64,000 nucleotides of DNA from an uncultured delta proteobacterium (GCA_963848285.1 CAWKCZ010000003.1:68009-132008), one strand, 5' to 3'. Positions 32,277 through 42,193 are shown, counted from the first letter of the stretch. Notes: generated by a model not told the origin, from the letters alone. A program made the numbers and translations.

Positions 32277-32327
32277 AGGACCAAAGCATCGAGGATTCCA
32301 ACGGGGCGGTGGAACCACCCCCTACCG
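32277..32327 (-). repeat. REP-like element, family A, inverted orientation (pairs with 32164-32218)
   Basis: AGGACCAAAGCATCGAGGATTCCAACGGGGCGGTGGAACCACCCCCTACCG. Confidence 0.75.
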
Positions 32328-32640
32328 CGCGATAGAGGGTACCGGGTCATCAAGGTCAGCGGCACCGGAAGGTACCATGGAAGAAATGCGATTCCAGAGT
32401 GCGGCGCAATCCGTGGGTCATCTTCACCTGCTGTATAGCCTTCTGCTCGGGTTCCCTCGCTAGCTCAATTACGCCCTGCCTTGACTTAAGATGCTTGCAA
32501 AAGTTACCGTGCCGTTTCGATTGTAGTTAGCGCCAAGCATCATCTAATCCGCCCCTAGGCATCACCGGGTCCCATGGGTGCGATCCTCTAATGTAAATGG
32601 CGCGGCGCTCCAACGATTTTCCTCGAGGCGCGGGGGGATA

Positions 32641-35600
32641 ATGCCGCCAAAAGATGGCACCAAGTCTAAACCCATAGTGAGCAACCTGCGAGTGCGAACG
32701 ATGCTTTTGGCAATCTTCGCGCTCACTTCCCTCTTCGCTCTAGCGACGGTTACCAGACCTTCCACCGCCAGAGAGCGGTCACGCGGCGCGGATGCCAGTA
32801 ATTCAGGACCGCGCGCGCCAATAGCGTCGGCCAACGCTGCTGCGCGCTTCGCCAATCTCCCGATGGATTTCGAGCTGAACCGTGGCCAAATCGATGCGCG
32901 CGCAAAGTTTCTCGCCCGCGGTCCCGGCTATTCGCTTTTTTTGACTGGTGACGAGGCGGTGCTGGCGTTAGAAAAAATCCGTCTCACCCGCGATACGATG
33001 GCTTCGGGCGCGAATGCGCATCCGCTGGTCGAGCGCCGCGTTTTACGGATGAGTCTTGCGGATGCGAACCGCAGCGCGCCGATTCAGGGCGTGGACCCGA
33101 ATTCCGCGCGATCCAATTACTTCGTCGGTAAAGATCGCACCCGGTGGCATACCGACATTCCGCACTTCAATCGAGTTCGCTACTCGTCGATTTATCGCGG
33201 CATCGACCTGGTCTACTACGGTACCAATCATCAGCTCGAATACGATTTCAAGGTTAAGCCCGGGGCCGATCCGGCGCGAATTCGAATGAACTTCCGCGGC
33301 GCCGACGCGATGGCGCTCGACCGCCATGGCAACGTGACGATGCAACTCGGCGCCGATCAGCTCTTGCTGCATAAGCCGGTCATTTACCAGGAGCTTAATG
33401 GCAAGCGACACGCGATCGACGGCAACTATCGCATCAGCGGCCGCACCGTCGCGATCGAGGTAGGCGCCTACGATCATAGCCGTGCGCTAGTCATCGATCC
33501 GGTACTGGGACCGACCTTGAGCTATGCCACTTTCCTCGGCGGCAGTGTGACCGACGGCGCTGCGGCGGTCGCGGTCGATAGCAGTCTCAACGCCTACCTG
33601 ACCGGCATTACCTGTTCGTCGGACTTTCCGGTCCACCAGGAAGCCATCAACCAGGGATGCAACGTCTTCGTTACCAAGCTCAATGCCACCGCGACCTCGC
33701 CCCTGGTGTATTCGACCGTGCTCAGCACCGGCACCCAGTTCAGCCTGGGCAGCGGCATCGCGGTTGACGGCCAAGGCTCCGCATACGTAGTGGGCTCTGC
33801 GGGTCCCGGATTTCCGACTACCGCAGGCGTCATCAAAGGAACGCTGACAACTGAAAGCAGCAACGCCTTCGTTGCGAAGCTGAATGCTGCCGGCGATGAC
33901 CTCGAGTATGCGACCTACCTCGGCGGCAGCACGCCGGCGGGGGCATATCCGGTGCAGGACAGCGGTCTCGCGATCGCGTTGCTGCCCGGATGCGCTTCCA
34001 ACTGCGAGGCGTATGTCGGGGGCAGCACCGATTCGTCGAATTTCCCCATCGCACCCGCCCAAGGCGCGCTGCAATCCGCCAACGGCGGCACCACCGATCC
34101 ATTTGACGGGTTTGTGACCGAGCTGTCCGCCGACGCCTCGAGTCTCGTCTACAGCACCTATCTGGGCGGTCATAGTGGTGACACCGTGCTCGGAATTGCG
34201 GTTGATAGCGGCGGCAATGCGTATGTGACCGGCGGCACCAACAACTCACAGCCGCCGAATAATTTTCCGACCAAAAATTCGCTGCAGGCTTACGGTGGCA
34301 CCGTCGATGCGTTCGTCGCGAAGCTGGTTCCGGCCGGCACTTCGCTCATCTATTCGACCTATCTGGGCGGCAGCGCCTATGACGTCGGCACCGGCATCGC
34401 GGTCGATAGCACCGGCGATGCCTATGTGAGCGGCTTCACCTATTCGAGCGATTTTCCGATTGCGAGCGCGCTGCAAAGCAGCTTCGGAAATCCGGGGACC
34501 GGCTTCGCCACCGAAAACGGCTTCATCGCCAAACTCAATGCCTCCGGCAGCGCCTTCAACTACGCCACCTATCTCGGCGGCATCACCGCCGGACTGCTGG
34601 GCGGCCCGGTGATCGACGGCATCGGCAATGCCTACGTTACCGGCTTCACCGACACCCCGGACTTCCCAGTCACCGCGAACAAGCTGTTCGGCCCCTCGAC
34701 GCCGGCCGGCAACTTCATGCGTAGCACCGATGGCGGTGTGACCTTCAAAACCACCGCTTTGCCCTCCACCGTGCTGGCGGTTGCCACCGACTTCACAGTG
34801 CTACCCAACGTGTATTACGTGGGCACCCTCGGCAACGGGATGTTCAAAACGACCAATGCCGGAACCAGCTTCGTCGCGCTGAGCGGTCTTACCACCGGGC
34901 TCGTCAACGGGGTCGTAACCGATGCGAACGTAACGCCGCATCTCATATTCGCAGGCACGCTCGGCGGCCTGAAGAAGAGCAGCGACGGCGGCGTAAGCTT
35001 CAGCACTACCAGTCTCGGAACGGCTCCGGCGCGACCGCTGCTCATGGATCCGGAGACCAACATCATGCTGGTGGCGACCGGTTCCAACGGCGTGAGCATC
35101 TCGACCGATCATGGCGTGTCTTTCGTCGCTTCGACCCTGGCGGCCAATACCGAGGTAACCTCGGCGACCCTGAATTCTTTGACGGTTCCACCGACGGTCT
35201 ATATCGGAACCAACAAGGGAATCTTCAAGAGCACCAGCGGCGGCCTTTCATTTGCCGCGACTGCGGTTGGATTCGATGCGATTTCATCGATTTTTATCGA
35301 CCCCTCCAAAAACCGGGGCTATGCCGCAGGTCAGAACAATCAGCTCATCCTCAGCAACGACGGCTTTGCGACCTACAGCTTCCCGCTCGGCCCCAATCAT
35401 GGACCAGCCTATGCGGTTCTGCTCGACACGACCGGGAGCAATCCGATTTTTGGACCGCCGACCAACACGCGGCTCTATGTCGCCAGCGATGCGGGATTGT
35501 TCGCCAGCACCGACGATGGCGGCACCTTTGTAACGGCGTTCAGCCTGACTGCGTTCAATGCATCGCCGTTCGTGGGGCCGTTCGAATTCAACAACCTCGG

Positions 35601-36990
35601 GCAGGATCTCATCCGCACGCGACCGGCGGGTCTGGTGATGACGGAGAATTTGCAAAAGGACGCCGTCCTTGCGCAGATCGGTCCGAACGGAGATGCGTTG
35701 CGATTTTCCACCTATCTGGGCGGTAAAGCCGCCGACTTCGGCCAAGGCATCGCGCTGGCGCCCGACAACTCCGCGGTTTATGTCGATGGCACCACTGCCT
35801 CGAGCGACTTCCCCGCAACTCAGAATGTTGTCCAGTCCACGCTCAATGGCAGGGCCAATGCCTTCGCAGCGAAGGTTATCATTCCGTCGGTGACCCCGAC
35901 CGCAACTGCGACCGCAACCTCCACGGCGACTGCGACGGCGACCGCAACTGCGACGGCGACTGCCACCCTGACCGCAACCGCGACCGCCACCTCCACGGCG
36001 ACTGCGACCGCAACGGCAACCGCAACTGCCACCGCGACCCATACCGCGACGGCCACCGCGACCGCGACGCGGACCGCAACGGTTACCGCGACAGTAACGG
36101 CCACCTTGACGGCGACCGCGACTGCGACGGCAACGCTGACGCCCACGGTTACGCAAACGGCGACCGCCACCGCGACGCTCACCCCGACTCCGACCGCGAC
36201 CGCAACCTCGGCGGTGGCAGGCGCGATTTCGGTGCCGACGCCGATCGTCAACATCATCATCAAGAACAGCCAGACCATCGATAACGCCGGCACGTTCTCA
36301 TACACCAGCCAGAAGGAATTCACCGAGCTGCTGCACAACGTAACGGTTAGCGTCAGCGGGCCAGGGCTGCTGACCTCGCTGACCCTGACCGCGAATATCG
36401 GCGGAAGCATCTCGACTGCGACCGTCGCGCCTCCGACCAACCCCAGCGTGTTCACTTTCAGTCAACCAATCAGCGTTCCGCCGGGCGGAGTGGTGAACTT
36501 TACGCTGAGCGCGGTAACCTCGGGGGAGGCCACGGCCACCGCGACGTCAACTGCCACCCCTGCGGCCGGCCTGCTGCGCGGATCATCATCGGACGGAGGA
36601 TCCTCCGGTGGAGGTTTGTCGGGTGGAAGCTTCCACGGCAGCTCGGCGATGCAGACCGCCTCGGCAATCCTGCGCAGCGCGACCTCGTTTAATGGGATGT
36701 CGACCAGCGGCATGCTGACGCTGTTCGGCGCCATCGTTCCAATGATGTTGATGACCTGGATGTTCCAGGGTGGGCTCCGTCAACGTATGGTCGGGGCGGT
36801 CACCGGGATGTTCGTGGCATCGATGGCGCTGTCGTGGACCGGATGCGACCCCTGCCCGAGCTGTAACAACAGCTTCGACTCGACCGTCCAGGTGATCGTC
36901 GCGGTGGCGATTACCGATGCGCAAGGCAATCAGTTGAGCATCACCGGGGTGCCGGTCAATCTGAGCCAGCTCTCCAAGACGGGAAGTTAG
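32641..36990 (+). CDS. Very large secreted protein: N-terminal DUF7948-like region, about 7-8 SBBP beta-propeller repeats, about 7 BNR/Asp-box-like blades, a (Thr-Ala)n linker, and an unusual double-TM, Cys-rich C-terminus
   Basis: Intact frame. ATG 32641 (or ATG 32701 at the signal peptide MLLAIFALTSLFALA). FELNRGQIDARAKFLARGPGYSLFLT; repeated YSTYLGGS..D.G.GIAVDS.GNAYVTG.T.S.DFP; repeated S.DGG.SF/T.NAGTSF. Confidence 0.85.
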   Translation: MPPKDGTKSKPIVSNLRVRTMLLAIFALTSLFALATVTRPSTARERSRGADASNSGPRAPIASANAAARFANLPMDFELNRGQIDARAKFLARGPGYSLFLTGDEAVLALEKIRLTRDTMASGANAHPLVERRVLRMSLADANRSAPIQGVDPNSARSNYFVGKDRTRWHTDIPHFNRVRYSSIYRGIDLVYYGTNHQLEYDFKVKPGADPARIRMNFRGADAMALDRHGNVTMQLGADQLLLHKPVIYQELNGKRHAIDGNYRISGRTVAIEVGAYDHSRALVIDPVLGPTLSYATFLGGSVTDGAAAVAVDSSLNAYLTGITCSSDFPVHQEAINQGCNVFVTKLNATATSPLVYSTVLSTGTQFSLGSGIAVDGQGSAYVVGSAGPGFPTTAGVIKGTLTTESSNAFVAKLNAAGDDLEYATYLGGSTPAGAYPVQDSGLAIALLPGCASNCEAYVGGSTDSSNFPIAPAQGALQSANGGTTDPFDGFVTELSADASSLVYSTYLGGHSGDTVLGIAVDSGGNAYVTGGTNNSQPPNNFPTKNSLQAYGGTVDAFVAKLVPAGTSLIYSTYLGGSAYDVGTGIAVDSTGDAYVSGFTYSSDFPIASALQSSFGNPGTGFATENGFIAKLNASGSAFNYATYLGGITAGLLGGPVIDGIGNAYVTGFTDTPDFPVTANKLFGPSTPAGNFMRSTDGGVTFKTTALPSTVLAVATDFTVLPNVYYVGTLGNGMFKTTNAGTSFVALSGLTTGLVNGVVTDANVTPHLIFAGTLGGLKKSSDGGVSFSTTSLGTAPARPLLMDPETNIMLVATGSNGVSISTDHGVSFVASTLAANTEVTSATLNSLTVPPTVYIGTNKGIFKSTSGGLSFAATAVGFDAISSIFIDPSKNRGYAAGQNNQLILSNDGFATYSFPLGPNHGPAYAVLLDTTGSNPIFGPPTNTRLYVASDAGLFASTDDGGTFVTAFSLTAFNASPFVGPFEFNNLGQDLIRTRPAGLVMTENLQKDAVLAQIGPNGDALRFSTYLGGKAADFGQGIALAPDNSAVYVDGTTASSDFPATQNVVQSTLNGRANAFAAKVIIPSVTPTATATATSTATATATATATATATLTATATATSTATATATATATATATHTATATATATRTATVTATVTATLTATATATATLTPTVTQTATATATLTPTPTATATSAVAGAISVPTPIVNIIIKNSQTIDNAGTFSYTSQKEFTELLHNVTVSVSGPGLLTSLTLTANIGGSISTATVAPPTNPSVFTFSQPISVPPGGVVNFTLSAVTSGEATATATSTATPAAGLLRGSSSDGGSSGGGLSGGSFHGSSAMQTASAILRSATSFNGMSTSGMLTLFGAIVPMMLMTWMFQGGLRQRMVGAVTGMFVASMALSWTGCDPCPSCNNSFDSTVQVIVAVAITDAQGNQLSITGVPVNLSQLSKTGS
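35893..36208 (+). repeat. Coding low-complexity tract, (ACN-GCN)n encoding about 105 residues of Thr-Ala repeat
   Basis: PTATATATSTATATATATATATATLTATATATST...TLTPTPTATATS inside the giant ORF. Confidence 0.9.
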
Positions 36991-36994
36991 GAAC

Positions 36995-37030
36995 GGTTGA
37001 CGCCGAATCGCGAACGATCCGGCGTCAACC
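36995..37030. terminator. GC-rich hairpin between the convergent giant genes (possible bidirectional terminator, no U-tract)
   Basis: GGTTGACGCCG-n14-CGGCGTCAACC, perfect 11-bp stem. Confidence 0.4.
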
Positions 37031-37045
37031 ACCCATCGAGCGTCG

Positions 37046-39346
37046 TTAGTTCTTGACCGTGACGGTTGCCGTCGCGGTGCCGAGCAGCGTTCCGCTGCTG
37101 TTGTATCCCCGAATCAGGATGGCATGAGCGCCGTTAGCCACCGTAGTGGTGTTCCAGTTGAACGTCAGCGGAGGGGTTGAGGCATTGTAAATGCCGTCGA
37201 TGTAGACATTGACCCAGGAAACGGCGGTGGTTTTCTGGACGGTGATGGTGACGGTTCCCGTTACCGACGCATTGTTGGCAGGGGTCGTGATTTGCACCGG
37301 GCCCGGGGTAGGCGTCGCGGTTGGCAGGGCAGCAGTGGACGTCGCGGTGGGGGTGCCTCCCGCGGCATTGTGCACGACGACGGTTACCGACACGGTGCCG
37401 ACAACCGCTCCCGCGCTGCTGAACCCGGTCGCGGACAGAATGTGGCTTCCGTCAACCACAGTCGTAGAGCTCCAGGGGACCGTCTGGGGCGGCGTCGAGG
37501 CGAGATAGAGCCCATCGACATAGAGATTGACCCATACTGCGGCGGTGGTTTTTTGGATGACCACGTTCACGGTTCCTGAGACCGTCGCATTGTTGGAGGG
37601 CGCCGTGATTTGCACGACTCCGGGCGTCCCGGTGGGCATCGCGGTTGGGGTCGCGGTCGACCCAACGGTCGGAACGGTGGTCGGCGTTCGAGTTGGAATC
37701 GAACTTGGAGTGTTACTAGGCGCGGTCGTCGGGGTTGGGGTTCTGGTCGGGGCGGTAGTTGGGGTCCTGGTCGGCGCAATGGTCGGTGCTGCCGTCGGCG
37801 TCGCGGTTCGGGTAGCAGTGCGAGTGGCGGTTGCTGTGCTGGTCGCGGTGGGTGTCGGCGAGGCGATGGTCGATCCATTGATGAATTGCGCCAGCACGTT
37901 GCGCGTGATCTGCTGTGCGGCAGCATTCACTCGCGAAGGACTCGGACTCCACGGACTGACGTTGCTTAAGCCGTAGCTCCACTGAACCGATCCGGTCGCA
38001 AAGACCGTCGCCCCGCTCTCGGCGGTATAAACCGTCATGTCCCCGAATTGGGTCTCGCCATCGAAGCTGTATGGCGAATGCGCAAGGTCGATCAGGCCCT
38101 CGGGGCTTTGCTCGTTGTCGAAGATGGCGTCGACTTCGTATCCAAGCAGGCCTTTTAGCGCGCTGCCATTTTTTAGGCCGGTATTGGCGAAGACCCAACT
38201 GGAGGCATCCGTGATGATAATGTCGCCATCGATCGGTTCGAAGTTGTTGTACATCACACCGATGAGACCGTTCTCGGGATTGGCGGGCAGTGTGACTTTA
38301 TCGTCGCGCCATAGATTGGTCACCAGATTGTAGGTCGAGGGCTTACCCGCGTCGGGATCGAGCTCCCAGCTATCCTTGTAGCCGACAATGGTTCGGTCCG
38401 CTGCGCCGGTAGCGGGACTGGGCTCGAAGCGAATCTGCCAGTACACCGAGTTCGCGGTGAAAAATCCGAGACTCACACCCTGGTCACGAGCGGCGGTGAC
38501 GTTCTGACGCATCTCCAATGACCAATACTCGTCGTGGCCGATCGAGAGGAAACCCTTGTGCAGCAGTAATTCGGCGGGCCGCTCATGGGTATCGACATCA
38601 GTCGAATATACGACGTCGTAGCCTTCCTTCTCGAGGAAAGCGGCCATGTTCACTTCCCAGCTCAAAATTTCGCCCGCGCCGAAGGAGTCGTCGTAAGGCC
38701 GGTTGAAGGAAACCTTTACGGCGGGAATCTCGTCTTCGCTATTGTAGTCGTACAGCGATTTTCCGCCCCACGCGTTGTACGCCGCCGCGGTCGTCACCGA
38801 GCTTTGAAACATCAGGTCCGAGGCTCGCCCATCGTTGCGAACCACGAACCCGATCAGACTGTCCTTGCCGGATGAGGTGCCACGCAGCCTGGCGACATAG
38901 AGCCCGCTGACCCAAGTCGAAGGGATAGTGAGCGTATATGGATTGGTCCAGCGGCATTCAACCATCCCAGTCACCGGATCAGGTGCCGGGGTGATTTGGG
39001 TGAGTCCGGTGCGGGTCACCGGCGAAGTCATCTGGCGTCCGCCAAGACCCTGATAGTAGCCAAGACGATATACTGTGAAGGTGTACTGCGGGTCGATGGT
39101 GCTGACGAAAAAGCTAATCGGATTACCGGCATTGACGCTGGTCAACGAGGCATAGCCTTCGATTTCATGATTATCGGCAGAGTTGGAGGGATACCAAGCC
39201 GCGGTACCGGTATTAAGGTTCTCGATTTGGATGAGATTGGCGGCGCCGGAGGTTCGAATGACCCCTTTTATTGCGAATATTGCTAGTGTCAAGAATAATA
39301 ACGATAGCAAAAGATATATACGCTGAAGTTTCACGATAATTACCAC
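37046..39346 (-). CDS. Secreted N,N-dimethylformamidase beta-subunit-like (DmfA2-like) domain protein with a Pro/Thr linker and two C-terminal Ig-like modules
   Basis: Intact 766 aa. AT-rich signal-peptide region (MVIIVKLQRIYLLLSLLFLTLAIFA). AAYNAWGGKSLYDY...FLSIGHDEYWSLEMR...YWQIRFE motifs as I remember them for the DMFase large-subunit family. Two paralogous modules of about 85 aa: VQIT.P.NNA.V.GTV...VQKTTA..WVN.Y.DG.Y. Confidence 0.7.
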   Translation of the reverse strand: MVIIVKLQRIYLLLSLLFLTLAIFAIKGVIRTSGAANLIQIENLNTGTAAWYPSNSADNHEIEGYASLTSVNAGNPISFFVSTIDPQYTFTVYRLGYYQGLGGRQMTSPVTRTGLTQITPAPDPVTGMVECRWTNPYTLTIPSTWVSGLYVARLRGTSSGKDSLIGFVVRNDGRASDLMFQSSVTTAAAYNAWGGKSLYDYNSEDEIPAVKVSFNRPYDDSFGAGEILSWEVNMAAFLEKEGYDVVYSTDVDTHERPAELLLHKGFLSIGHDEYWSLEMRQNVTAARDQGVSLGFFTANSVYWQIRFEPSPATGAADRTIVGYKDSWELDPDAGKPSTYNLVTNLWRDDKVTLPANPENGLIGVMYNNFEPIDGDIIITDASSWVFANTGLKNGSALKGLLGYEVDAIFDNEQSPEGLIDLAHSPYSFDGETQFGDMTVYTAESGATVFATGSVQWSYGLSNVSPWSPSPSRVNAAAQQITRNVLAQFINGSTIASPTPTATSTATATRTATRTATPTAAPTIAPTRTPTTAPTRTPTPTTAPSNTPSSIPTRTPTTVPTVGSTATPTAMPTGTPGVVQITAPSNNATVSGTVNVVIQKTTAAVWVNLYVDGLYLASTPPQTVPWSSTTVVDGSHILSATGFSSAGAVVGTVSVTVVVHNAAGGTPTATSTAALPTATPTPGPVQITTPANNASVTGTVTITVQKTTAVSWVNVYIDGIYNASTPPLTFNWNTTTVANGAHAILIRGYNSSGTLLGTATATVTVKN

Positions 39347-39637
39347 TCTTGAGGATATTAAACATCTTTTAACTGCTTACAGCTTAAGTGTCGATGATAA
39401 TTATGGCTAACGCAAGCCGTCAAAAACATTTGTAAATTTGTCTAAATATTAATTGGGACTTTTTGGACTGCTGGATCGCCCTATGCCGTCTCGGCCAACT
39501 GAATGGTTGTCCTCGCGGCCGGAGCCGGCGTAGCTTTGTGGTGCGACCTGATGGCGAAATCTTCAAATCTGAAGCACTCCGGATGGGGAATTCCACCATG
39601 GCCCCACGTGTCGATGCTCAAGTCGGATCCCTCACGC

Positions 39638-40687
39638 ATGGGTACCGCTCGACCTCGAATCGCGATCATTGGCGCCGGTCTGACCGGAACCTCGACCGCG
39701 TTGCATCTCGCGCGACGCGGTATCGACGCGGTCGTATTCGAGGCCGGACTGGTCGCCGAGGGTGCCAGCGGCCGCACTGGCGGCTTGGTCCTCGAAGGCA
39801 CCGCGGTGGGGCCTCTTGAGGATGTCGATAATTGCGTCGTCGGATTGGAACGCGTGGTTGCCGACGAACGGATCGAATGCGACCTCGTGTTGCCGGGATG
39901 CTGGGAGATTCAGCATCGCCAGGCGGCATCGGGGAAGATGCTGCCGTGGACCGATGCGGGCCAGCCGGTTTCCATCGTCAAAAGCGTCGCCGGAGGGATG
40001 GTTCAACCCGCCGCACTGACCCAGGGCCTCGCACATGCGGCGATTCGCGCGGGCGCTGTGATTCGCGAGAATGCGCGAGTCACGGACATTAGCTTCGAAC
40101 CCGAGTTGAGGCTCGAAGTCGACGGCGAGCGCGTTACTCCCGGACACCTGGTCATCGCCACCAATGCGTGGATCAACGCGACGCTGCCTGACACCCCGCC
40201 GCTGAGCAGTTGTTTGACCTTTGCGGGCGCGACCGAGCCGCTGAAGCCCTCGACTCTCGAGGCGATTGGCTTGGCCGAGGGCGTCCCCTTTTACACCACC
40301 GATCTTCCTTATTTATGGGGCCGGACCATCGCGGACGGGCGGGTAATTTTTGGCGCCGGCCTGGTGTTCGGGGAGCCCGCCGAATTGGAAACGGCCGACG
40401 TAAGCCTCGGCGAGTCATCCGCGGTGCTCGAACGAATGCTCCGTCGCGTGCGCGGACTTCATCCCCAGCTTGCGGGCGTGAAGTTTTCCGCGGCATGGGG
40501 TGGGCCGATCGCTTTCGGTGAAGACACCGTCCCGCTGCTGGGCAGGCATCCTCGGGAGCCGCGCGTATTGGTATCCGGCGGATATGCGGGGCACGGCGTC
40601 GCACTGAGTGTGCGGGCTGGAGAACTGCTTGCGCTCGCGATCGCGGATGAACGTCCATTGCCGGCGTGGGGTTCGCTCAGCCGATGA
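39638..40687 (+). CDS. FAD-dependent oxidoreductase (DAO/glycine-oxidase-like fold)
   Basis: RIAIIGAGLTGTSTALHLARRGIDAVVFE (Rossmann GxGxxG)...GGYAGHGVAL. The start is ambiguous: the ORF opens at 39503, with ATGs at 39551, 39614 and 39638. Confidence 0.8.
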   Translation: MGTARPRIAIIGAGLTGTSTALHLARRGIDAVVFEAGLVAEGASGRTGGLVLEGTAVGPLEDVDNCVVGLERVVADERIECDLVLPGCWEIQHRQAASGKMLPWTDAGQPVSIVKSVAGGMVQPAALTQGLAHAAIRAGAVIRENARVTDISFEPELRLEVDGERVTPGHLVIATNAWINATLPDTPPLSSCLTFAGATEPLKPSTLEAIGLAEGVPFYTTDLPYLWGRTIADGRVIFGAGLVFGEPAELETADVSLGESSAVLERMLRRVRGLHPQLAGVKFSAAWGGPIAFGEDTVPLLGRHPREPRVLVSGGYAGHGVALSVRAGELLALAIADERPLPAWGSLSR

Positions 40688-41142
40688 CGACGCCGAACCG
40701 TTACCGCCTTCGACTGGTTGTCATGCTCGTCTTTCTGCTGGTTGTGCCGCGGGTCCACGCGCAATGGGACGGGCGCGACGGCTGGGTCGAGGAGCCTGCC
40801 ACCAAATCGCTCAACCTCGAGGGCGACTCGGGACATTCGTACCTCGACCCCGCATCGATCCATCGCGGCGACGATGGATTGGTGTATTTCAGCGAGAGCA
40901 CCGGAGTCAGCAAGCCCGAGGAAATCGGCCATACCGGCTTCATGAAAAATGCTTACGACTGCACGAGGAACATCAAATATATGTGCGTTGGAATCGGCGA
41001 CTGGCGCAACGATCGTAAGAGCGCGATCGACACCGCGCATGATCCCGCGCTGCGCGTCTACCGCAAATATCTCTGTAACGATGCCGATTCGCCGACTAGC
41101 GACCTTCCTCCGCCCCGCATCATGAAGTCATCATCGAACTAG
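40684..41142 (+). CDS. Hypothetical secreted protein (152 aa)
   Basis: Its ATG overlaps the upstream stop (ATGA at 40684-40687). Signal peptide RLRLVVMLVFLLVVPRVHA. No family recognised. Confidence 0.6.
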   Translation: MTTPNRYRLRLVVMLVFLLVVPRVHAQWDGRDGWVEEPATKSLNLEGDSGHSYLDPASIHRGDDGLVYFSESTGVSKPEEIGHTGFMKNAYDCTRNIKYMCVGIGDWRNDRKSAIDTAHDPALRVYRKYLCNDADSPTSDLPPPRIMKSSSN

Positions 41143-41215
41143 CGCGATCGTCACCCTTCCTGTCCCATCCACAGCGAGTCAGAATGGCCGGTTTGATCAG
41201 TAAAAGGGGAAACGC

Positions 41216-42193
41216 TTGAAGGACTCGATCAGTCGAGATTTTCTGATTGCCTCGATTGCCGCGGTCGCCCTCTTCGCCTTTGGGCTTTCCGCTTCGGCGC
41301 AGATGGCCTCGGGCACCGTCCATATGACCGGGCATCAGGCGCTGATGTCATGGACCAGCGGAATGCAGCTTGAAGCGCAGCCGACTGGACCGAAGCCGTC
41401 GTTCAGCAACAATCTCCGTCTTCTCGGCGGCGCGTGGTATGACCAATTGTGTACGCCATGTCACGGTCCCCACGGCGACGGCGCGGGACCCTGGGCGGGC
41501 AAGCTGTCGCCGCGTCCGCGCGACTTCACCAAAGGAGTCTACGAGTTTCGCTCGACGCCGACCGGCACGCTGCCGACCGACGAGGACATCTGGAAGGTGG
41601 TGTCGGGCGGATTGCATGGCACCGCGATGGTGCCGTGGATCACTTATTCCGCATACGACCGATGGGCGCTGGTAGCCTATGTCCAGAGTTTCTCTCCTCG
41701 ATTCGCATCGGAGCCGCGCGGCACATCGATCGCGGTGCCCACCCCTCCTGCTGAGACGCCACAGCTAGTCACCGCCGGAGCAAAGCTGTTCAAAGAAGTG
41801 GGCTGCATCGAATGCCACGGCGCCGGTGGAGTCGGCGATGGCCCTTCGGCGAGCACTCTAAAAGATGCAGGTGGCCGACCGATTCGGCCGCTTCCGTTCG
41901 ACGGCGACATTTTTCGCCGCGGCTCCAGCATGCGTGACATCTTTCTCACGGTGCGGACCGGGCTCGACGGAACGCCAATGCCATCGTACGCGGAATCGCT
42001 GACTCCGGATCAGACCTGGGCCGTCGCGGCCTACGTGCGGAGTTTCCTTAATGCCAAGGCGCCGCTGAAGGATCCGAGCACGCTGGCACGAATCGCAGAG
42101 GCGCACCGTCAGGAACACACCGGCATGATGATCGACATGCCGGGGATGGGCCGCATGCCGATGACGCGCGATCCCAATCGCGCCCCGCGTTGA
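41216..42193 (+). CDS. Dihaem c-type cytochrome
   Basis: TTG start 5 nt after AAGGGGA, a signal peptide, and two CxxCH motifs (CTPCH, CIECH), each followed by a distal Met region (GTAMVPW, GTPMPSY). Confidence 0.85.
   Translation: MKDSISRDFLIASIAAVALFAFGLSASAQMASGTVHMTGHQALMSWTSGMQLEAQPTGPKPSFSNNLRLLGGAWYDQLCTPCHGPHGDGAGPWAGKLSPRPRDFTKGVYEFRSTPTGTLPTDEDIWKVVSGGLHGTAMVPWITYSAYDRWALVAYVQSFSPRFASEPRGTSIAVPTPPAETPQLVTAGAKLFKEVGCIECHGAGGVGDGPSASTLKDAGGRPIRPLPFDGDIFRRGSSMRDIFLTVRTGLDGTPMPSYAESLTPDQTWAVAAYVRSFLNAKAPLKDPSTLARIAEAHRQEHTGMMIDMPGMGRMPMTRDPNRAPR

Noticed and set aside
35893-36208. Perfectly periodic ACNGCN repeat, considered as a non-coding microsatellite or CRISPR-like feature
   Set aside because: It lies in frame inside the intact giant ORF and encodes a (Thr-Ala)n linker. 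A similar Pro/Thr linker occurs in the neighbouring gene.
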